This document shows, piece by piece, positions 34,385-40,214 of a stretch of 40,214 nt of DNA; positions within the stretch are counted from its first letter, which is position 1; every line of letters starts with the position of its first letter. The stretch covers positions 72,605 through 112,818 of the forward strand of contig DDAD01000162.1 of NCBI GenBank assembly GCA_002333205.1. The letters are read 5' to 3'. A program made the position numbers and the translations under genes. Below the pieces are notes generated by a model. That model saw only the letters and a program-made list of their open reading frames with translations. It was not told where the DNA came from and ran no database searches. The stretch is from Pedobacter sp. UBA2067 (lineage in GTDB: Bacteria; Bacteroidota; Bacteroidia; Sphingobacteriales; Sphingobacteriaceae).

Positions 34385-35170
34385 ATGGAACTCTTAAGTA
34401 ATCCGGAAGCCTGGATCTCACTCATCACGTTAACCCTTCTCGAAATTGTACTTGGTATTGATAACATCATCTTTATCTCCATTCTTTCTTCTAAACTGCC
34501 TCAAAATGTACAGAAGAAAGCAAGACAATGGGGCTTAGGGCTTGCGATGATTACCCGGGTGTTGCTATTGCTATCGCTTAGCTGGGTGATGACTTTGACC
34601 TCTCCGTTGTTTAACATCGGCGAATGGATCAGTGTCGATAATGAAGAGTGGTTAAGCAAACTGGCCATTTCAGGTCGTGATTTGATCCTGATTGTCGGGG
34701 GACTGTTCCTGATCTATAAGAGTACTCATGAGATCCACCTGAAGCTGGAGGGAGAAGAAGATGAGACCGGAAATCCGAAGGTGCATACCTTTACCGGCGT
34801 ACTCGTTCAAATCTTACTGCTGGATATTGTATTCTCGCTGGACTCAGTGATTACAGCCGTTGGCATGGCCGATCACGTGGAGATTATGATTACTGCGGTA
34901 ATCATCGCCGTGCTGATCATGATGGTTTCCGCAAATGCGATCAGCAACTTTGTAAACAACCACCCAACGGTAAAGATGCTGGCACTGTCGTTCTTGCTGC
35001 TGATTGGTGTTTCATTGCTTGCAGAAGGCTTGGATCAGCACATTCCTAAAGGATATATCTACTTCGCGATGGCCTTCTCTATCCTTGTAGAGATGCTGAA
35101 TTTAAAGATGCGCGGCAAGGAGCGGAAACCTGTAGAACTTAGAGATACGCCGAAAGAAGATCAGGTTTAG
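34385..35170 (+). CDS. TerC-family integral membrane protein
   Basis: 261 aa. LEIVLGIDNIIFISIL and DIVFSLDSVITAVGM are the paired TerC-family motifs. Confidence 0.85.
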   Translation: MELLSNPEAWISLITLTLLEIVLGIDNIIFISILSSKLPQNVQKKARQWGLGLAMITRVLLLLSLSWVMTLTSPLFNIGEWISVDNEEWLSKLAISGRDLILIVGGLFLIYKSTHEIHLKLEGEEDETGNPKVHTFTGVLVQILLLDIVFSLDSVITAVGMADHVEIMITAVIIAVLIMMVSANAISNFVNNHPTVKMLALSFLLLIGVSLLAEGLDQHIPKGYIYFAMAFSILVEMLNLKMRGKERKPVELRDTPKEDQV

Positions 35171-35181
35171 TACTTTTGTAC

Positions 35182-36237
35182 ATGATTTCTTTTTACGAGG
35201 CCTTCTTGGCTGAACTTGCTATCCATAGGATTGGAAACAAATCCCAGGACGAATTTTACGTGCTTTCTGAACAGTCTTTGCATATTCAGGATAACCTGCT
35301 GAAAAACCTCTTGCTTCAGTATTTCCTGAGCCCATACCAGAAAGTGAATGAAATTTACAGGTTCACGCATCCGAATAACGATCTGAACCTGAATGAGGTT
35401 TACCATTTTGCAGAAGCGATATTCGCAGATGGCTCCACGTTCCATGAGAACAGTCAACAGCTGGCCAAATACCTGTATGAAGTGTCTGGCCACCCGAAAG
35501 TCAAGTCTGGAGAGTTGTATGTTGCCTATTTTGAGAACGTTCAGATTGAAGGTGAACTGCTGGATGCCATTGGCATTTTTAAATCAGAAACCAAGGAGAC
35601 CTACCTGAAGGTATACCCGGAGCAAGCAGGCTTCAACATGAGTTATGAAGAGGATGCCATCAACATCACCAAGCTTGATAAAGGCTGTCTGATCTTCAAT
35701 ACGGAGAAAGAGGAGGGCTTTAAAGTTGCGGTAATCGATCAAACCAATAAGAGTGCAGAAGCTGTTTACTGGAAAGATGAGTTCCTCAAGCTCAAGGTTC
35801 GAAATGATAACTACAACCAGACCAACAACGTACTGGGCGTATACAAAAGCTTCGTGACCGAAAAGCTGGATGAAGAGTTCGAAATGACCAAAGCGGACAA
35901 GATCGACCTGCTGAACAAGTCCATGAAATACTTCAAGGAGAAAGAAAGCTTTGATCTGGATGAGTTTGCCAACGAGGTCATCGCCAATGAAGACGGTATT
36001 GAATCCTTTAAAAACTTCAAGAAGAGCTACGAAGAGGAGTTTGATACCGCAATTCCCGATAGCTTCGATATCAATACCGCGGCAGTTAAAAAGCAAGCCA
36101 GGGTATTTAAAAGCATCATCAAGCTGGACAGGAACTTCCACATCTATATCCACGGGGATAAAGAGCTGATTGAAAAGGGCTTCGACGAAGATAAATCCAT
36201 GAACTATTATAAAGTGTATTTCAAAGAGGAAGCCTAA
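35182..36237 (+). CDS. Nucleoid-associated protein, NdpA/YejK (NA37)-like
   Basis: 351 aa from the ATG at 35182. The N-terminal LAIHRIGNKSQDEFYVLSE pattern and acidic C-terminal half resemble Bacteroidota proteins annotated as nucleoid-associated. From recall only. Confidence 0.6.
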   Translation: MISFYEAFLAELAIHRIGNKSQDEFYVLSEQSLHIQDNLLKNLLLQYFLSPYQKVNEIYRFTHPNNDLNLNEVYHFAEAIFADGSTFHENSQQLAKYLYEVSGHPKVKSGELYVAYFENVQIEGELLDAIGIFKSETKETYLKVYPEQAGFNMSYEEDAINITKLDKGCLIFNTEKEEGFKVAVIDQTNKSAEAVYWKDEFLKLKVRNDNYNQTNNVLGVYKSFVTEKLDEEFEMTKADKIDLLNKSMKYFKEKESFDLDEFANEVIANEDGIESFKNFKKSYEEEFDTAIPDSFDINTAAVKKQARVFKSIIKLDRNFHIYIHGDKELIEKGFDEDKSMNYYKVYFKEEA

Positions 36238-36282
36238 TTCAAGAACTGCTAGGTTTTAAGTTACAGGCACAAGATTATACAT

Positions 36283-36326
36283 AAAAAAGCCTGCGTATCC
36301 ATTTAAAGGATCACGCAGGCTTTTTC
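36283..36326. terminator. Bidirectional intrinsic terminator
   Basis: GCCTGCGT (36289-36296) / ACGCAGGC (36313-36320), with A6 before and T5 after, between convergent genes ending at 36237 (+) and 36340 (-). Confidence 0.75.
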
Positions 36327-36339
36327 TGTATATACGCTG

Positions 36340-37527
36340 TTACAGTACTCTTAGAAGCAGCCCTTTCAGATATTCGCCTTCCGGGAAGGAGATTCTAACG
36401 GGATGATCCTCAGGCTGACTAAACTGCTTTACAATCTGGATTTCCTTGCCGGCATCCAGTGCAGCCCAGGCAATGATCTGCTTGAATGTTTCAATATCTA
36501 CGGCGCCAGAGCAGGAGAAGGTAGCCAATAAGCCACCACTTTCCAGTAAACCCATGCCAAGGCGGTTTAAATCTTTATAGGCGCGGGCAGCACGGTCTAA
36601 TGCAGAACGTGAGGGCGCATATTTAGGTGGGTCCAGCACAATCACATCGAACTTCTTGCCTTCCTCCTTCAGTGCACGTAGCTGCTTATTTACGTCAGAT
36701 TGAATCACGGTACTTTGTGCTTTGTCAAACCCGTTTAAGTCCATGTTCTGCTGCAGTGTTTCCAATGCCAGGGCAGAGCTATCCACACTTGTTACGTGCG
36801 CAGCACCAGCTTTTAAGCTATTTAAAGAGAAACCTCCGCTGTAAGAAAAGCAGTCCAGCACCGTTTTACCAGGTGTGTATGCCGCTAAGATCTGGCGATT
36901 ATCCCGCTGATCGCAGTAGAAGCCCGACTTCTGTCCCCCTGCGATGTTGATGTGGTAAAGAATACCATTTTCTTTCACTTCCAGGAACTCTGGTGGCTGC
37001 TCACCCCAAAGCAAGCCATTCGCTACTTCCAGGTCCTCATGACCGCGTGCAGTAGCATCACTTTTATCGAATATACCTTTGGGTTGTAATTCTTCACGCA
37101 GGATATCTATGATCTCTGCTTTAGCCTGTTCAATACCAGCGCTGAGGATCTGCAGCGACAGAAAATCTGCGTAACGATCTATAATCAAGCCTGGTAAAAA
37201 GTCAGCTTCGGAGAAAACCAGACGGCAGGTGTTGGTGTCGCCATTCCGAAGTACATGTGCCCGTGAAGCGATAGCCGTACGGATCTTTTGCTGGTACCAG
37301 TCGCGGTTAATGGTTTTTGCCTCATCCCATTCCAGCATGCGCACCGCAACGCGACTTTTCTCGTTGAAGTAACCATAAGCCAGGAATTCTTTGTCTGCAG
37401 CCAATACGCGAACCACTTCGCCATTTGCGGGACTACCTTTTACTTTATCCAAAGCACCGGAGAATATCCATGGATGTCTTTGCAAAGCTGCTTTCTCTTT
37501 TCCTTTTTTCAGTATCACTTCAACCAT
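36340..37527 (-). CDS. rlmI: Class I SAM-dependent 23S rRNA (cytosine-C5) methyltransferase, RlmI-like
   Basis: 395 aa. N-terminal PUA-like segment (LKKGKEKAALQRHPWIFSGAL), then a SAM MTase core (VLDCFSYSGGFSL, VIVLDPPKYA). Confidence 0.8.
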   Translation of the reverse strand: MVEVILKKGKEKAALQRHPWIFSGALDKVKGSPANGEVVRVLAADKEFLAYGYFNEKSRVAVRMLEWDEAKTINRDWYQQKIRTAIASRAHVLRNGDTNTCRLVFSEADFLPGLIIDRYADFLSLQILSAGIEQAKAEIIDILREELQPKGIFDKSDATARGHEDLEVANGLLWGEQPPEFLEVKENGILYHINIAGGQKSGFYCDQRDNRQILAAYTPGKTVLDCFSYSGGFSLNSLKAGAAHVTSVDSSALALETLQQNMDLNGFDKAQSTVIQSDVNKQLRALKEEGKKFDVIVLDPPKYAPSRSALDRAARAYKDLNRLGMGLLESGGLLATFSCSGAVDIETFKQIIAWAALDAGKEIQIVKQFSQPEDHPVRISFPEGEYLKGLLLRVL

Positions 37528-37545
37528 GGCGTAAAGTTAGTAAAA

Positions 37546-37607
37546 GCAAAAACACCAATACCTTTCTGCATGATATTTCTATCAGGCATCAAGTATTGGT
37601 GTTTTAA
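37546..37607 (-). terminator. Long composite intrinsic terminator after the sod gene
   Basis: 11-bp stem AACACCAATAC (37551-37561) / GTATTGGTGTT (37593-37603) with an inner imperfect hairpin. The minus strand continues with TTTTTGCTTTT. Confidence 0.7.
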
Positions 37608-37627
37608 GATCTAAAGTTTAGATCAGC

Positions 37628-38239
37628 TTATTTTGCAGCTTTTTCGAAACGCTCGCTAACAGCATCCCAGTTCACTACATTCCAGAAAGCCGCAATATAA
37701 TCCGGGCGTCTGTTTTGATATTTTAAATAGTAAGCATGCTCCCAAACGTCCATACCTAAAATTGGTGTACCTTTAACTTCAGCAATGCTCATCAAAGGAT
37801 TGTCCTGATTAGGGGTAGAACAAACAGCAACTTTCTTGTCAGCAGTTACGATTAACCAAGCCCATCCTGACCCGAAGCGAGTCGCACCAGCTTCAGCAAA
37901 TTTAGTTTTGAAATCAGCGAAAGATCCAAAAGCAGCATTGATAGCATCTGCTAAAGCACCTTTAGGCTCACCTCCTTTGTTTGGACCAATAACTTCCCAG
38001 AATAGCGAGTGGTTATAGTGACCGCCACCATTGTTTCTTACTGCAGCAGGGAACTTGTCTACGTTCTTCATTAAGTCTTCAATGCTTTGGCTAGCTTCTG
38101 GTTTGCCTTCCAATGCTTTGTTTAAGTTGGTAACGTATGCCTGATGATGTTTGTCATGGTGGATTTCCATGGTCATTTTATCGATATGCGGTTCTAATGC
38201 GTCAGTTGCGTATGGTAACGCAGGTAGTTCAAAAGCCAT
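37628..38239 (-). CDS. sod: Fe/Mn-family superoxide dismutase
   Basis: 203 aa. [34 protein letters not shown] ... [11 protein letters not shown] ... [20 protein letters not shown] are classical Fe/Mn SOD metal ligands and motifs. Confidence 0.95.
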   Translation of the reverse strand: MAFELPALPYATDALEPHIDKMTMEIHHDKHHQAYVTNLNKALEGKPEASQSIEDLMKNVDKFPAAVRNNGGGHYNHSLFWEVIGPNKGGEPKGALADAINAAFGSFADFKTKFAEAGATRFGSGWAWLIVTADKKVAVCSTPNQDNPLMSIAEVKGTPILGMDVWEHAYYLKYQNRRPDYIAAFWNVVNWDAVSERFEKAAK

Positions 38240-38268
38240 ATTTTTATGATTTAAGTTTAAATTCTATA

Positions 38269-38276
38269 CAAATATA
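38269..38276 (-). promoter_or_regulatory. Candidate -7 promoter box for sod
   Basis: Minus-strand TATATTTG is an exact TAnnTTTG match, 29 nt upstream of the ATG at 38239. Confidence 0.4.
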
Positions 38277-38317
38277 ACATTCAGCTGCAAAGTTTGTTCA
38301 GCCTATTGTCAAGTAGT

Positions 38318-38791
38318 TTAATCGCGTCTGGAAGCAAAGAACTTACGCATCAGCTCGCCACATTCTTCTGCTAAAACGCCAGCCTCCATCACGGTTTTCG
38401 GATGTAAGATATTGCTGCATTTGCTTGTGAACCCTCTTTTTGGCTCCGGTGCACCATAGACCAGCTTGCTGATCTGCGTCCAGTAACTTGCACCTGCGCA
38501 CATTACACAAGGTTCAACGGTTACGTAGAGTGTGCAATCCTTCAAATACTTGCCGCCTAAGGTCTCACTGGCTGCAGTAAAAGCTTGCATTTCAGCATGT
38601 GCAGTCACGTCGTTGAGCTGCTCCGTCAGGTTGTGCCCGCGACCTACTACACGGCCTCTGCAAACCACTACGGCACCTACAGGAATCTCGCCGAGTTTAA
38701 ACGCTTTCTCTGCTTCCTGCAATGCCAGGCGCATGAAATACTCGTGTTCAGCCTGGGGGTCCTTATCTTCTGCGAAATTGTAAAAGCTCAT
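38318..38791 (-). CDS. tadA: tRNA adenosine(34) deaminase
   Basis: 157 aa. CDA-fold zinc motifs HAEMQAF and PCVMCAGA, and a typical TadA N-terminus (MRLALQEAEKAFKLGEIPVGAVVV). Confidence 0.9.
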   Translation of the reverse strand: MSFYNFAEDKDPQAEHEYFMRLALQEAEKAFKLGEIPVGAVVVCRGRVVGRGHNLTEQLNDVTAHAEMQAFTAASETLGGKYLKDCTLYVTVEPCVMCAGASYWTQISKLVYGAPEPKRGFTSKCSNILHPKTVMEAGVLAEECGELMRKFFASRRD

Positions 38792-38808
38792 GCCGCAAAG
38801 ATAGGGCT

Positions 38809-39144
38809 TTAGATGAGTTTACTGCCATTGGGAACCGGGCGTTCCAGGCTGGTCAATACGATATCGCCATTTTCATCCGCAAAGCCTGTTACCAGGAATT
38901 CCGACATGAACTTGCCAATCTGCTTTTTGGGAAAATTGGTTACCGCCACGATCTGCCGCCCAACGAGCGTTTCCTTGGTGTAATGCCTGGTGATCTGTGC
39001 CGAACTCATCCTTACCCCATAAGGGCCAAAATCAACTTTGACTTTAAATGCAGGTTTCCGTGCTTCTGGGAAGTCGAAAACTTCCAGAATGGTGCCTGCG
39101 CGAAGCTCCACTTGTTCAAATTCAGACCAGGTAATCTCTTTCAT
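38809..39144 (-). CDS. tRNA-binding domain protein (CsaA/YgjH-like)
   Basis: 111 aa. ITWSEFEQVELRAGTI ... KPAFKVKVDFGP ... GRQIVAVTNFPKKQIG matches the OB-fold tRNA-binding domain pattern. Confidence 0.8.
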   Translation of the reverse strand: MKEITWSEFEQVELRAGTILEVFDFPEARKPAFKVKVDFGPYGVRMSSAQITRHYTKETLVGRQIVAVTNFPKKQIGKFMSEFLVTGFADENGDIVLTSLERPVPNGSKLI

Positions 39145-39268
39145 GATTCTTATGCTTATACTTTAAGTTCTATTTCTAAAGCTAAATGTAGTGTGTAGCA
39201 CACGAAGTCCCAAATACCAGGTTTTGCTGTTGGCTTCCGCCGAAGTAGAAAGCTATAACCTCTCCAGT

Positions 39269-40201
39269 CTAAATTCCAATCACGTCCTTTTTCTTCCGCT
39301 GTTTCATCGTTTTTGGAATAACAGCCAGAATCTCCTCACGGAAAGCATTCAGCATTCGTTTCTTGATGAAATTCTTGTGCGTTACGATGCTGATCTCCCG
39401 AACTGGTTCAGGCGATTTAAAGGACCGTACTTTGCTCAGCTGCTTATTGGTCAGCTCTGCTAACGCCAGTTCAGGCACCAACGTAGCCCCGTCATTGCGG
39501 TCAACCATACGGATCAGCGTTTCCACACTTCCCGTGTTGTAAGTAAGGCCTTGCAGGCGATTATCTTTGGTGGTCCTGCAAATGTTGAGCACCTGCGAAC
39601 GCATACAATGCCCTTCGTTCAGGAGCCAGATGTTTTCCTCCTCCAAGTCCTCAGGATCTATATTTTTCTTTTTATAAAGCTTGCTGTTTTTGCTGATGTA
39701 GGTGACGAAAGACTCGTAATATAAGGGGAGTTCCTCGGTCGCAGGATCGCCAAAAGGCGTGGCCATAATACCGCAATCCAGTACACCTGTTTTTAGATGA
39801 TGGATGATATCTTCCGTTGTATATTCCCAGATGAGGAGCTTCAGATCAGGATATTTCTCCATCATGGCGGAAATAACCTGGGGAAGCAGGTATGGCGCTA
39901 CTGTCGGAATGATGCCGATACGTAGCTCGCCAACAATGTCCTGCTGCTGGCTATTGATAATCTCTTTAACTTTTTGACTTTCCTGTAGAATAACCCTGGC
40001 CTGGGCAATGATCTGTGCACCAATTTCGGTTGGTACCACCGGCTGTTTGCTGCGGTCAAAGATCTTGACGTTCAGCATTTCCTCCAGCTTTTGCACCTGC
40101 ATGCTTAAGGTTGGTTGGGTTACAAAGCACTTTTCTGCAGCACCTACGAAACTGCGATAAGTGTCAACGGCAACGATATATTCCAGCTGTACTAAAGTCA
40201 T
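39269..40201 (-). CDS. oxyR: LysR-family regulator, OxyR-like peroxide sensor
   Basis: 310 aa. N-terminal LysR HTH (FVGAAEKCFVTQPTLSMQVQKLEE). EGHCMRSQVLNIC reproduces the GHCxRxQxxxxC spacing of the E. coli OxyR redox pair Cys199/Cys208 (nt 39578-39607). Confidence 0.8.
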   Translation of the reverse strand: MTLVQLEYIVAVDTYRSFVGAAEKCFVTQPTLSMQVQKLEEMLNVKIFDRSKQPVVPTEIGAQIIAQARVILQESQKVKEIINSQQQDIVGELRIGIIPTVAPYLLPQVISAMMEKYPDLKLLIWEYTTEDIIHHLKTGVLDCGIMATPFGDPATEELPLYYESFVTYISKNSKLYKKKNIDPEDLEEENIWLLNEGHCMRSQVLNICRTTKDNRLQGLTYNTGSVETLIRMVDRNDGATLVPELALAELTNKQLSKVRSFKSPEPVREISIVTHKNFIKKRMLNAFREEILAVIPKTMKQRKKKDVIGI

Positions 40202-40214
40202 ATAATTAAAGTTT

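Noticed and set aside
34980-34997. TGGCAC...TTGC inside the TerC gene, a possible sigma-54 promoter.
   Set aside because: The GG-to-GC spacing is 13 nt instead of 10, and the site is intragenic.
1-40214. Looked for CRISPR arrays, tRNA or rRNA genes, transposases, integrases, IS inverted repeats, toxin-antitoxin pairs and recognisable defence genes.
   Set aside because: I found none. Intergenic regions are short apart from 1310-1855 and 23174-23428, and those two lack tRNA-like T-loop/acceptor features or spacer-repeat periodicity of CRISPR size. No recombinase or nuclease-type ORFs are present.

Overview
The window reads as mostly core chromosome from a Bacteroidota genome, probably Sphingobacteriia-like (inference). 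Support for that: several TAnnTTTG -7 promoter boxes sit close to start codons, Shine-Dalgarno sequences are absent, and DUF2911, DUF4097, ECF sigma and hybrid kinase families are present. All product calls come from motif and family recognition by eye; no similarity search was run.

Gene content, left to right:
- 5' part of PEP carboxylase (runs off the left edge).
- A TetR-controlled tripartite efflux operon (TetR, TolC-like, HlyD/EmrA-like, DHA2 MFS). Its outer-membrane gene carries one in-frame TAA.
- A small membrane protein and a DUF2911 protein.
- ECF sigma/anti-sigma pair no. 1 with an upstream membrane protein.
- A DinB-family gene overlapping an orphan histidine kinase.
- gltX and a YpfJ-like zinc peptidase.
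- A six-gene signalling operon: REC-HK, CHASE3-HAMP-GAF-HK-3xREC, REC, CheR, receiver-less CheB, REC.
- An M49-like zinc peptidase, an amidase lipoprotein and glnS.
- A stand-alone B12-binding domain gene and an enoyl-CoA hydratase.
- A sigma-54 activator, an AI-2E transporter and a YtxH/holin-like/hypothetical trio.
- aspS.
- ECF sigma/anti-sigma pair no. 2 with a DUF4097-like beta-repeat protein.
- TerC, an NdpA-like protein and RlmI.
- An oxidative-stress corner: Fe/Mn SOD, tadA, a CsaA-like tRNA-binding protein and OxyR.

I found no tRNA, rRNA, CRISPR array, transposase, integrase or recognisable defence genes.

The most system-like and least explained element is the CheR/CheB methylation module inside a phosphorelay operon. 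That operon has no CheA, CheW, MCP, HPt or output domain. The large kinase carries an E/Q-rich coiled coil with one exact MCP methylation-consensus match.

Secondary curiosities:
- the nonsense-interrupted TolC gene;
- an orphan intrinsic terminator next to a repeat-rich 300-nt non-coding stretch;
- an 11-bp-phased CGCACAC repeat array;
- a TetR operator palindrome overlapping its promoter.

Much of the window is ordinary housekeeping sequence.
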